Source: Gammaproteobacteria bacterium
GTDB lineage: Bacteria > Pseudomonadota > Gammaproteobacteria > SURF-13
DNA: 53,839 nt
Reading direction: 5' to 3'
Assembly: GCA_038924245.1 (NCBI GenBank)
Contig: JBCKVB010000005.1
Location: 1-53,839, forward strand
In this document: one piece after another, positions 12,058 to 22,141 of the stretch
Numbering within the stretch: position 1 is the first letter of the stretch
Layout of the letters: every line of letters begins with the position of its first letter
Program-made: the position numbers and the translations under genes
The notes under the pieces: model-generated
Seen by the model: only the letters and a program-made list of their open reading frames with translations
What the model was told of the DNA's origin: nothing
Database searches by the model: none

Positions 12058-13261
12058 CCACTTAAGGATGCAAGAGATGAGACACAAGCTGCGCGAGTGG
12101 GCGCAACGCGCCATGCGCCATGCGCCGTCGGCCTCACGCCACCTCGCGGGCACGTTATGGCTGACGTTCGCCGTGATGATTGTGCTCGCGGCGGCATTAT
12201 TCGCCGCCGCGAGCGTCTTGTTGCCCATGGCGGGCGAAATGCGCGCGGAGCTGGAGTTGCGCGCCAGCCGCGCGGCCGGGCAGCCGGTCAAGATCGGCAA
12301 GCTGTACGCCGACTGGTCATGGCGCGGCCCGGAGGTGCACCTGCGGGAGGTGCAGGTGCTGGACAAAAACGCCACGCGCACGGTGCTGCGCTTCGGCGGC
12401 GCGCGCATGAACGTCAATGTACTAGCCTACCTGCGCGAGCGGCGTCTGGAGGTGAGCCAGCTCACCCTTTCCGGCGCCGCGTTGGTGCTGATGCGCCGCG
12501 CCGACGGCTCCATCTGGATCGAGGGCGTGGAGAATGACGACGGCCGCCTTTTCCAGCAATGGTTGACGCAACAAGGCTATCTCGCCCTGGAGGACAGTGC
12601 AATTGACTGGATGGACGAAGTCAGCGGCGGCGTACGGCGCTTTACCGATGTCAATCTGCGTTTGCGCAGCGACGGCAAACGCCATCAGGTGAGCGTGAGT
12701 CTGGGGCCGCGCGCGGGGTTGAAACAAAATCTGCGGGTGCTGGTGGATGCGAGCGGAGACCTTACCCTGCCCGGCAGCCTGAGCGGTCAATTCCATGTGA
12801 CGGGCAATGGCATTGAGACCGCGCAATGGCTCAAGCATCTGGCCGGGTTTGAGCTGAAGAGCGGCCGGGCGGATATGGAACTGTGGGGCGAGTGGCGGGG
12901 CGAGCAGTTGAATGCGCTGCAAGGCGAGGTGGAGGCGCATGATCTGCGCCTGGCCGGACACGCGGAAGCCGCCGATCTGGCGATCAGCCGCGCAGGCGGG
13001 GAGCTGCGCTGGCAGCGCACCGCGCAGGGCTGGGACCTGGCGTTGCGGCGTTTTGTCGTGGTGCGCGACGGTGTCGCCAGCGCGCCGGCTTCGTTACGTG
13101 TGCTGCGTACGGCGGACGCCGTGGACGGTCAGTTCAGCCTGCTGCGCCTGGAAGATGTCAGCAGCGCGCTGCTGGTCAACCGCGCGGCGGATGCCAAGCT
13201 CAAGGAGTGGCTGCGCGGCGCAGAGGCGCACGGGCAGTTGCACGACGCGCGCGTGCATTTT

Positions 13262-13366
13262 AGTCGCCCCCAGCATCCTGCCCGTCTCTCCCGTGCTGTA
13301 CAGGGACGTACGAATGTCGCGGGAGGCAGGACGCCGGAAGCGACCGACACTAGTGCGTCCCTGCAC
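13262..13366. repeat. Intragenic repeat family, 105-bp nested variant, in yhdP
   Basis: Outer unit interrupted by a complete inverted 48-bp unit; read as SRPQHPARLSRAVQGRTNVAGGRTPEATDTSASLH. Confidence 0.9.
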
Positions 13367-14822
13367 GTCGCCGGCGCCGATCCGTTCGCGCCCGATGCGC
13401 GCTGGTATATCCACACCCGGTTCCGCAACCTGCGCACCTCGCCCTGGCAGTCCGTACCCGGGGTACAGGTGGCAAGCGGCGCGCTGCGGGGCGATCACAC
13501 CGCAGGCGCCCTGCTGTTGCAGGGTGTGCCGCTACGTCTGGATTTTGGCGCGGAGTTGCGCGCGCCACTTGCCTTCGATAGCGCGCGCGGCTGCGTCACC
13601 TGGCGCCAGGGCGCGCAGGGCTGGACGCTGGACAGCGACGAACTGGCGCTGAAAAATTCGGACTTCGATCTGCATCTTCGCGCCGGATTGGAATGGACGC
13701 GCGGCGAGCGTACGCCGCTGGTCAATCTGCGGGCGCAACTGCGGCGCGTCAATATCGCGGCGGTCAGAAAATATCTGCCAGCGCAACGCCTCAGCCCCAA
13801 GGCGTTGCGCTGGCTGGATCAGGCCTTGGTGAGTGGACAGATCGGCAACGTCGCGCTGCTGCTGCGCGGGCGTTTGGATGAGTTTCCGTTCGATGCCCAC
13901 AACGGCAGTTTCGAGGTGCGCGCGAGCGTGAACGATATGGTGTTCGCCTATGCACCCGGCTGGCCCTGGCTGGGTGAGACGGAGGCGGAAGTCGTGTTGC
14001 GCAACCGCGGTTTACAGATTGACGTGGCGAGCGCGAAGATTTTTAATGCGCAGGTGGTGGAGGCGCGCGCGCTGATACCGGACCTGTTCATGCGCGAACC
14101 GCAACTCACGCTACAGGGCAAGGTGCGCGGCCCAACGCCGGACGTGTTGCGTCTGCTCAAGGAGAGCCCGCTCAATAAGCGTCTCGGCCCCTATCTCGCG
14201 GACCTGAGCGCCACGGGGCAGAGCCTGTTGAATCTGGACATGCTGATTCCGATCTCGCCTGAGCCAAACCGCGTGCGGGGTACGCTGGAGTTGCGGGACA
14301 GCGTGCTGCGTATCGCGCGGGAGCTAGCCCCCCCCCATCGAGCTTAACGCCATTAACGGCACGATCAATTTTACCGAGGGCATGACGCTCAGCGGGCGCA
14401 ACATTGCCGTGAGTCTGGGCGGTCTGCAAGGACAGTTGGACATAGGCACGGAAGGCGCCCCCGGAGCGCCACGCGCCACGCTGGTCGAGCTGCGCACCCG
14501 CGCCACCCCGGCGCAGCTCATCAAACAACTGAACGCGCTGGCGCCGAACGTCAAGGCGGACTGGTTCAAAGGCCTGGAAGGCGAGACCGATTGGGTCGCC
14601 GGATTGCGCCTGTCCGAGAATGAGGGGCAAAAGATGCAGGCCACGCTGATGCTCAGCTCCTCGCTGCGCGGGGTGACGGTGCGGCTACCGGCGCCGCTCG
14701 CCAAACCGGCGGAGGAACCACTCGCGCTGCGTTTCGCCATGGACTTGGGCAAGGCGCGGGAGCGGCGCTTCACGCTGCGCTACGGCGAACGCTGGAATGG
14801 AATTTTTGAGATGACGGACGAC

Positions 14823-14870
14823 GTGCAGGGACGCACGAGTGTCGCGGGAGGCGGGACGCCGGGAGCGGCG
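14823..14870 (+). repeat. Intragenic repeat family, 48-bp unit, in yhdP
   Basis: GTGCAGGGACGCACGAGTGTCGCGGGAGGCGGGACGCCGGGAGCG; read as [15 protein letters not shown]. Confidence 0.9.
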
Positions 14871-15011
14871 GGCAAGCAGGGCTGGAGCATCAAGCGCGGC
14901 GAACTGCGTCTGGGCGGCGCCGATGCGCTGTTGCCCGCGCAGGGCCTGCGCGTCAGCGGCGAGGCCGCACACCTGGCGCTCGACCTCGACGGGTGGCGGG
15001 AGTTTTTCGAC

Positions 15012-15107
15012 GTGCAGGGACGCACTAGTGTCGCGGGAGGCACGACTCCAGGGATGGAGGAGGTAGAATCGCGTCGGGAACAGCGATCGAGGATGCCGGG
15101 AGCGACA
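15012..15107 (+). repeat. Intragenic repeat family, 96-bp variant, in yhdP
   Basis: Basic unit plus a 48-bp module; read as [32 protein letters not shown]. Confidence 0.92.
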
Positions 15108-15918
15108 ACCCGGACGCCGGGCGGCACGCGTGGGGACAGCCCGTGGCGGCTGCTGGACAGCGTGGATGTGCGGCTCGGGGTGCTGGAGCTTGCCGAACGG
15201 CGCTTTAATAATCTCAGCCTGCGCGCGCAGCGCAAGGCGCAGGGATGGGATGCCGATCTCGACGGCGCCGAGATCGCGGGCCAGGTGCAGTGGGTGCAGG
15301 GTGCCGCGCCGAGTTTAACCATGACCCTGCAACGGCTGCATTTCGCCCAACAAAGCGGCGAGCGCAAATCGGAATTTGATCCGCGCAACTGGCCGGCGCT
15401 GCATGTCAGCAGTCAAAGCGTGAAATACGGCGATGTTGATCTGGGCGGCCTCACGCTGGAGGCATCCAAACAGCCGAACGGCCTGCGCATCGAAAAATTG
15501 CAGTTGAGCTCGCCTAATCTGCAAGTACAAGGCACAGGGGAGTGGACGGTGACGGGCGACACGCAACAGTCGCGCTTGAACGCCGGCGTGGACAGCGGCG
15601 ATTTCGGCAAGGCGCTGGTCCAGCTCGGTTATGCCGAAACCGTTGCGGGCGGCAAGGCGCGCGTGGAGGTGTCGGCGCGGTGGCCTGGCGCGCCGGGCGA
15701 TTTTACCCTGGCGCGCTTAAGCGGCACACTCACGCTCAACGCCAAGCAAGGACGTTTCCTGGACATCGAGCCGGGCGCGGCGGTGCGCGTGTTCGGCCTG
15801 CTCAGCTTGCAGGCCTTGCCGCGCCGCCTCACCCTCGATTTCCGCGATCTGTTCGGCAAGGGCTTCAGCTTCGACAAGATTGAAGGCACCTTCACGCTGG
15901 ATAACGGCGACGCCTATA

Positions 15919-16249
15919 CCAATAATCTGGTCATGAATGGCCCCGCGGCGCGGATCAACGTTTCCGGGCGCACCGGCCTTGCCGCCAGGGATTACGATCA
16001 GATCGTCACCGTGACACCGGAAATCAGCGCGAGTCTGCCGCTGGCCGGGGCCTTGGGCGGTCCGGTCGGGATTGGCATCGGCACCGGCATCTACCTGTTT
16101 GAAAAGCTGTTCAAGCCGGGCATTGACGGTATCGCGCGCGTGCAATACACGGTGAAGGGTTCGTGGCAGGACCCGGTCATCGAGCCGCTCAAGTCCGGCG
16201 ACAAGACGCCGGATATACAGGCGGCGCCCGCCGGCTAAAGGGTTGCGGC
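15919..16249 (+). repeat. 331-bp direct repeat, copy 1 (yhdP 3' end)
   Basis: Identical by eye to 23207-23537. Confidence 0.95.
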
Positions 16250-16301
16250 AGTACATTCCAATCGAGGTATGAGTCTGAACGACGGGCGGCAAGGTATGAG
16301 T

Positions 16302-16529
16302 TCAGGCGGCATGTTTGGATCGACGATGGATGGATTGGAAGAGCTTGGTTCGTGCTTCGTTGAGCCTGCGGGCGGCTTCATTATCGCTTATCGCGGCGGC
16401 GATCGTGTCGAGTTGCCGGAAGGTCACGCCAGGCTTCAGAAAGTCCTTGGCCTTGGGCAATGATTTGAGTTTATCGTAGGGCGTCAGCCTATTTTTTAGC
16501 AGATAGCGCTTGCGGGTTTTGCCCTTGGG
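16302..16529 (-). pseudogene. Transposase C-terminal remnant (integrase-core IS type), with probable IS end at ~16250-16280
   Basis: Hand translation of a startless frame absent from the ORF track: PKGKTRKRYLLKNRLTPYDKLKSLPKAKDFLKPGVTFRQLDTIAAAISDNEAARRLNEARTKLFQSIHRRSKHAA*. It resembles IS transposase C-termini as recalled. Confidence 0.65.
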
Positions 16530-16684
16530 TGTGCTTAGTTACTTGTGTTCGTGTTGAAATGCGCCGCTCCACTCGGAGTCCTGGGGAAGCGATTCCAGCA
16601 GGTCCAGCCGTTCAGAGTGTGCCGCTGCGGCAAGGAACGGAACGGGGATTACGGTTACCGGCAGAGCCGGGCCGGGACGGGAGC

Positions 16685-16710
16685 CCGCCGGTCTGCCGGC
16701 GGTTTTATTT
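16685..16710 (+). terminator. Rho-independent terminator-like hairpin
   Basis: CCGCCGG-TCTG-CCGGCGG followed by TTTTATTT. Confidence 0.45.
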
Positions 16711-16732
16711 CAGCAGGGGTGGCAGGTAAATA

Positions 16733-18409
16733 TCACGGGGGGGTGATCTCCGCCACGAACACACCGCCCACGTTCACCTCCGGGAAACCATCTTCCTCCA
16801 AGGCAAAGCTTGCGGCCAACCCTTCTGCGGCCAGCCCGGTGAAGGTGCCGGTGATGTCGCCGCTGGCGGCATGGGCGTCATGGGTGTGGTCAAGGTGGGT
16901 GACGAAACCGGTAACAGGAATATCGAAAAAGGCCCCGGTGAAGTTCCACGTGGGATCACGGCCTACATCCCAAGAGTCGTCGCCAGACAACATCTTCAGG
17001 GATATGTATGTGAAGGAGCGCTCACCGGAAAAACTCACGTCGGCTTCGAAAATCAGGTCATCGGCGGCGCCGTCGCTACCTGTTCCTGCGAAACTGGTGG
17101 TGGTGGAGTAGGTGCCTGTGCCGGTTGTCAGAATGTTTGCGGTGGGGATGGCGGTGATCCAGTACACCGGGTGATTAATCGGAAACGGAGCGGTGTCGAT
17201 GAGGCTGTCGGGTTCCTCTGCTTCGATCAGTGCCAGCGTGGAGGAATCCAGATGCAAGACGGCGCCCGCCCAACTGCCCCAGACCACAGCATTACCACCT
17301 ATCACCTCCGTGTCTATCACGCTGCCTTCGCCGTCCCGCCGTAGCACGGCCAGCACCTCTCCACCGCTCGGGATAAAGCCGGTTATGTTACCTTCATCGA
17401 AGGCAAACAAGGGGCTGCCACCCGCACCGTCACTCGCGCGAGTCAGGCCGAGATGGCCGATTTCCCCCGGGAACACCACCACGCCAACACCAATCCGATC
17501 CAGGCTTGCGAGTTCGTCGGCGCTGAGGAGTTCGGTGGAGGGTACATTGGGGTTTGCGTTGGAGGTTACATTGGGGTTAAAGCTCGGGTCAATGACATCA
17601 ATGATGCCGTCGCCGTCCTTGTCCGCCATGGCGTCGTTGAACTCGATGGCGAAGTCGAACGCGAAGTCATCGAACCCCTCATCGGTAGTATCGGGCCCGG
17701 CGCCGCTGGTGTCTCCACCCGCGGGGTCGGGCGCGGTCTCATCGCTGGCTGCGTCCTCCGGCGCCTCGCCAGCGGCTGCCTCCTCCTCCGGCGCGACGCT
17801 GTCCAGCAGCGCCTGTGGCGGGGTGAGTTGCCCGATGGGCGGGGTGTCACTGCTCGTCACCTGGGCGAAGTTGTGGTCCGCCCCCTCCCCCAGGTCGAGG
17901 GTGCCGGCGTCATTGGTCACCGTGCCGGCACCCCCCCAGAAGGCCACCGTAAGCCCCGTGTCTCCCAACACCACCTCAAGGTCGGTGCCGCGCACGCCGA
18001 TGGTGGCGAGCGGCGTGGTGAGCTTGTACGAAGACGGATTTTCCTTGACGATCAGGCCGGTGATGGTGCGCAGGCCGCCTTTGACCAGCGTGGCGGCGAT
18101 GTTGTTGTTTCCTTTGGCGGTGGCGTCGAAGGAGTGACTGTCGACGCGGAACTCGGTGGCCGGGCGCAACGACATGAGCGCGCCGTCGATGAACCGGAGT
18201 TGGGCGCGGCTGTTGGCGCCGGTCTTCAGTAGCTCACCGGTGTAAAAGTCGGATTTGCGCTGCAAGGGACGCGCCACGCCGTCGGCCTGCAGCGCGACCA
18301 CCTCGCCGGAGGCGACGATGACCTGTCCGATCGGGGCCACCGCCCACGCCGGCAGGCTGAATATCAGCAGTGCGATAAGAACCCCCGCACTCTTGCCTAG
18401 GCTATGCAT
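16733..18409 (-). CDS. Secreted FecR-domain protein with acidic linker and probable C-terminal beta-barrel
   Basis: Signal peptide (PAWA); FecR-like L.FIDGALMSLRPAT..LVKGGLRTITG..TPLATIGVRGT; DKDGDG calcium-binding-like loop; Gly/Thr-rich beta-strand C-terminus. Confidence 0.75.
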   Translation of the reverse strand: MHSLGKSAGVLIALLIFSLPAWAVAPIGQVIVASGEVVALQADGVARPLQRKSDFYTGELLKTGANSRAQLRFIDGALMSLRPATEFRVDSHSFDATAKGNNNIAATLVKGGLRTITGLIVKENPSSYKLTTPLATIGVRGTDLEVVLGDTGLTVAFWGGAGTVTNDAGTLDLGEGADHNFAQVTSSDTPPIGQLTPPQALLDSVAPEEEAAAGEAPEDAASDETAPDPAGGDTSGAGPDTTDEGFDDFAFDFAIEFNDAMADKDGDGIIDVIDPSFNPNVTSNANPNVPSTELLSADELASLDRIGVGVVVFPGEIGHLGLTRASDGAGGSPLFAFDEGNITGFIPSGGEVLAVLRRDGEGSVIDTEVIGGNAVVWGSWAGAVLHLDSSTLALIEAEEPDSLIDTAPFPINHPVYWITAIPTANILTTGTGTYSTTTSFAGTGSDGAADDLIFEADVSFSGERSFTYISLKMLSGDDSWDVGRDPTWNFTGAFFDIPVTGFVTHLDHTHDAHAASGDITGTFTGLAAEGLAASFALEEDGFPEVNVGGVFVAEITPP

Positions 18410-18453
18410 GACATGACCCCCTGAGCCGCGCCCCTGTCGTCACGGGTATCATT

Positions 18454-19800
18454 TTAGTAAAAATCATAGCGCGCGGATAACTGTAATTGGGTGCGATCAA
18501 ACGCGAACAAAGAGATGTTGGATCGATTATCCAGATAAGTGACTTCGGTATTAAGGCCCCATGCGCGCGCCGGTTGCCAGCGCCAGCCGGCAGTGAGCTG
18601 TCTCAGGTGGTCTTTGCGCACCTGTCCAAAGCTGGGGTGCGGGGCATCGTGCTTCACTTTCTGCAGTGCAAGACTCGCATACAGGTTGTGGGTCGGCGTC
18701 ATGGCCCACTGGGCGCCGAACCGCGCGCCGTAATAGTCACGGCCATTGAAGTTGCCCGCGCTACGCTCGGCGCGCTCGTCGCCGTAGTAGCCACCGAGTG
18801 TGAGCGTGAGATTGGGTTTGCTCACCCTGTGCGTCCAGGCCCCGCCGAGCAGGGCCAGCCTGGCATTGCGTGTGTCCTGACCGGGGAAACTCAGCCGCCC
18901 GAGCTGGAGGAACAGAGTGCCGAGGTCGGCGCTGCCGAACGACCGCGTCCATTCGGGGTTGACGGATACCAGGCGGCGGAAGGCCTGGTCGTTGACATCG
19001 AATTGCTGCAGTTGGACGGGAATGCGGAATTTATCCTGCCCGTGCGCAAAGGCCGCGCCGCCCCTGAAGTCGAGCACGCGGGTGTCAGAGGCGTCGCTGC
19101 TGAAATTGTTTCGCTGCTCCGCGCGGAACGCCGCGAAGAGTCCGCGGGTTTTACTGAGCGCATGATCAACGCTCACGCCGAAACCGTAGCTCAGGAAATT
19201 GTCAGCCTGGGCGCGGCTCGTTTCGTTGAGCGTGACCGGCCCCAGCCCGGGGACTTCGACGGTGGTGTTGCTGGTGGCGCTGTTGATATTGCTGTCCGCG
19301 CCGGTCTTGACCTCGGCGTAGGCGCGGGTGCGCGTCTGCTGGGTGGCCTCGCGCCGCGCAATCTCATCCAGGAACTGGGTGATGCGGGCGCGCACGTTTT
19401 CCGGCGGATTGGCCGCAAGCACGGTGGAAAACTCGGCACGCGCGGAGGGGTAGTCATTCTGCAGAAAATAGGCGCGTCCCAACTCCAGACGCGCACGATG
19501 GTTCTGCGGCTCGGCAATCAACACGCGCTCTAGGGCGAACACCGCCTGGCCGGCATGCCCGGATTCCAGCGCGGCGAGGCCGAGCAGAAAGTCAAAATCA
19601 GGTTCGCCGCTGCCCTCGGCAACCCGCGCCTCTGCGAGCTCATAGGCCGCAGCATAATTGCCGTCCTGCATCAGCTTTTCGATATCGCTGTTATCAAGCG
19701 CAGCCGCGCTGCCCGCCGCAAGCCAGGCAAGCACGAAAAGGAGACTGCGTGATGATGGAAGTGCCATACAATTTGGCGCGGGTGGCCCGGAGTTTATCAC
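18454..19800 (-). CDS. TPR plus outer-membrane beta-barrel protein (DUF560/Slam-like)
   Basis: Signal peptide; TPR FDFLLGLAALESG..FALERVL..RARLELGRAYF; DSNINSA motif; alternating beta-strands ending in YDFY. Start may be ATG 19767. Confidence 0.7.
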   Translation of the reverse strand: MINSGPPAPNCMALPSSRSLLFVLAWLAAGSAAALDNSDIEKLMQDGNYAAAYELAEARVAEGSGEPDFDFLLGLAALESGHAGQAVFALERVLIAEPQNHRARLELGRAYFLQNDYPSARAEFSTVLAANPPENVRARITQFLDEIARREATQQTRTRAYAEVKTGADSNINSATSNTTVEVPGLGPVTLNETSRAQADNFLSYGFGVSVDHALSKTRGLFAAFRAEQRNNFSSDASDTRVLDFRGGAAFAHGQDKFRIPVQLQQFDVNDQAFRRLVSVNPEWTRSFGSADLGTLFLQLGRLSFPGQDTRNARLALLGGAWTHRVSKPNLTLTLGGYYGDERAERSAGNFNGRDYYGARFGAQWAMTPTHNLYASLALQKVKHDAPHPSFGQVRKDHLRQLTAGWRWQPARAWGLNTEVTYLDNRSNISLFAFDRTQLQLSARYDFY

Positions 19801-19897
19801 CCTGTTATTCTACCCACTGAACTTATACTATAAGACTCACGCCGGGGTCAATGAGCGTAGAGGGTGATTCGGGCGTCAGATCAAGGTCAATGTGAGC

Positions 19898-22102
19898 ATG
19901 CAAAACATAAAGCGCCGCCTCTACCCTGTTGCCGCGGGACTGACGCTGGTGGTCTTGTCGCTGACGGCTCAACTCGCCCCTGATACCTTTGTGGCCCAAC
20001 TGCTGCACCGGCTGGAATCCGTGGCCTATGATCTCAGACTCTCCGCCACATTGCCGGAGCAGGTGACGCCAGATGCGCGCATCGTGATTGTGGATGTGGA
20101 CGAAAAAAGCCTCAAGAATGAGGGCCGCTGGCCCTGGTCACGCGCCAAACTGGCTGAGCTGGTGGAGCGGTTGTTCGAGAACAAGGTGGCAGTGGCGGCC
20201 TTCGACGTGCTGTTCACCGAGCCGGAACGCAATCCGGCGCAGCAAGTCCTGGGTCAGATCGGCACGGCGGCGGATGCGCATCCTCTGTTGCAGGGCGCGG
20301 TGCGGCAAATGGATTACGACGGACAATTCGCGGCCAGCCTGCAGGGGCGCGACGTGGTGCTGGGTTATGTGTTTAATAACAGCACGGACAGGGTGGGTGA
20401 GCTTCCGCCGCCGCTGCAGGTTACGCACGATGCGGCCTTGCGCGATGCGGCGATCAAATCCATGCCGGGCTACAGCGCCAATCTCGCGCGCCTGCAACAG
20501 GCCGCGGGTCACGCGGGGTTTTTCACCATTGAGCCGGATAGTGACGGTATCCTGCGCCGCGCGGCGCTCATCCTGCGCCATGGCGACCGTGTTTATCCTT
20601 CCCTTGCGCTGGAGGCCGTGCGCGTGTTTTACGGCGCGGATACGGTGACGGTAAACACAGCATCACTGACCGGCAGCCGGCGCGCGGTGGAGTCGGTGAA
20701 CCTGGGTGACTACGCCATTCCCACCGATCTGGAAGGGCGCGTGATTATTCCCTACCGTGGCATGCACCCGGCGTTTACCTATGTCTCGGCGAGCGACGTG
20801 CTGCGCGGTGCGGTGGCGAAAGAGAAGCTGGAAAACACCATCGTGTTTGTCGGCACCACCGCAGCGGGTTTGCAGGACCAGCACGCGACGCCGATGCAGC
20901 CGGTGTATCCGGGCGTGGAGGTGCACGCCACCATCGCCGCCGCGATCCTGGATCAGCGCTTTCCCGCGCGGCCGTCATGGGCGGAGGGCGCGGACGTGAT
21001 GGTGTTGCTGACCCTGGGGCTCGCGCTCGCGTGGTGGCTGCCGTTGCTGAGCGCGCGGCGCGCGGTGGGGTTGAGCGCGTTCGCCGGTGTTGCACTGCTG
21101 AGCGCCAATCTGTGGGCATGGCAGGCAGAGGGTTGGGTGCTCGCGCTCGCTACGCCGCTGATTCTGGTGCTCACGCTTACGCTGCTCAATATGGCCTACG
21201 GTTTTCTGATCGAGGCGCGCGGGCGCGCGGAGCTCAAGGGCATGTTCGGCCAGTATGTGCCGCCGGAACTGGTTGAGGAGATGAATCGCAATCCGCAGAG
21301 CCTCGGCTTCGAGGGTGACAGCCGCGAGATGAGCATCCTGTTTTCCGATATACGCAGCTTCACCACGATCTCTGAGAGACTGAGCGCGAATGAACTGAAA
21401 AAACTGCTCAACCGGTTTTTCACGCCCATGACGCGCATCGTCTTTAACCGGCGCGGCACCATCGATAAATACGTGGGCGACATGATGATGGCGTTTTGGG
21501 GCGCGCCGCTGCGTGACGATGAGCATGCGCGCCACGCGCTCGAGGCGGCGTTTGATATGCTCGCCGCGCTGGAGGAAGCGCAGGCCGGATTCCGCGCATC
21601 GGGGTTGCCGGAGATCGACATCGGCATCGGCATCAACAGCGGCGTGGTCAATGTGGGCGACATGGGCTCGGAATTCCGTCGCGCCTACACTGTGATTGGT
21701 GATGCGGTGAATCTTGCATCACGTATTGAAAGTCTCACCAAATTTTATGGCGTGCGCCTGATCGTGGGCGAAAACACGCGGCACGGGCAAGACGACTTTA
21801 TTTTCCGCCGCCTCGACCGGGTGCGCGTGAAGGGGAAAAAAGAGGCGGTAACGATTTATGAGCCGCTATGCCGCAGGCACGAGGCGAGCGCGCAAGTGCT
21901 GGAAGAAACCGCGTGGCACGAACAGGCGCTGGACCATTACCTCGCGCGGCGCTGGGATGAGGCGGAGGCGCTGTTCGTGCAGTTGGCCGCGCGCCGGCCT
22001 GACGCCATTATTTATTCCCTGTACCTCGCGCGTATCCGGGAACTGCGCCTGCTTGCGCCGGAGGCGGAGTGGGATGGTGTGTACTCACAAAAAGACAAGT
22101 GA
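19898..22102 (+). CDS. CHASE2-domain class III adenylate cyclase
   Basis: IVIVDVDEKSL..GRWPWSR (CHASE2), PGVEVHA, three transmembrane segments, FSDIRSFT, DKYVGD, YTVIGDAVNLASRIE. Confidence 0.92.
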   Translation: MQNIKRRLYPVAAGLTLVVLSLTAQLAPDTFVAQLLHRLESVAYDLRLSATLPEQVTPDARIVIVDVDEKSLKNEGRWPWSRAKLAELVERLFENKVAVAAFDVLFTEPERNPAQQVLGQIGTAADAHPLLQGAVRQMDYDGQFAASLQGRDVVLGYVFNNSTDRVGELPPPLQVTHDAALRDAAIKSMPGYSANLARLQQAAGHAGFFTIEPDSDGILRRAALILRHGDRVYPSLALEAVRVFYGADTVTVNTASLTGSRRAVESVNLGDYAIPTDLEGRVIIPYRGMHPAFTYVSASDVLRGAVAKEKLENTIVFVGTTAAGLQDQHATPMQPVYPGVEVHATIAAAILDQRFPARPSWAEGADVMVLLTLGLALAWWLPLLSARRAVGLSAFAGVALLSANLWAWQAEGWVLALATPLILVLTLTLLNMAYGFLIEARGRAELKGMFGQYVPPELVEEMNRNPQSLGFEGDSREMSILFSDIRSFTTISERLSANELKKLLNRFFTPMTRIVFNRRGTIDKYVGDMMMAFWGAPLRDDEHARHALEAAFDMLAALEEAQAGFRASGLPEIDIGIGINSGVVNVGDMGSEFRRAYTVIGDAVNLASRIESLTKFYGVRLIVGENTRHGQDDFIFRRLDRVRVKGKKEAVTIYEPLCRRHEASAQVLEETAWHEQALDHYLARRWDEAEALFVQLAARRPDAIIYSLYLARIRELRLLAPEAEWDGVYSQKDK

Positions 22103-22106
22103 CCTT

Positions 22107-22141
22107 GGAAAGCTCTGAATAAGTCCGTCCCGGACTTCTCA
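22107..22141 (+). repeat. Isolated left end of the IS5-like MITE
   Basis: GGAAAGCTCTGAATAAGTCCGTCCCGGACTTCTCA matches 5526-5559 and overlaps the stop codon of the phosphodiesterase gene. Confidence 0.8.

Larger units (their letters stand above)
12068..16238 (+). pseudogene. yhdP: YhdP (AsmA-like phospholipid transport protein), split by a +1 frameshift at a C9 run; three in-frame repeat insertions
   Basis: ORFs 12068-14347 and 14382-16238 join if C9 at 14328-14336 is read as C8. Contains the LPRRLTLDFRDLFGKGFSFDKI motif and follows rng. The frameshift could be a sequencing error. Confidence 0.85.

Noticed and set aside
16269-17111. Plus-strand ORFs 16269-16463 and 16545-17111
   Set aside because: They are antisense to the transposase remnant and the FecR gene, with no motifs.
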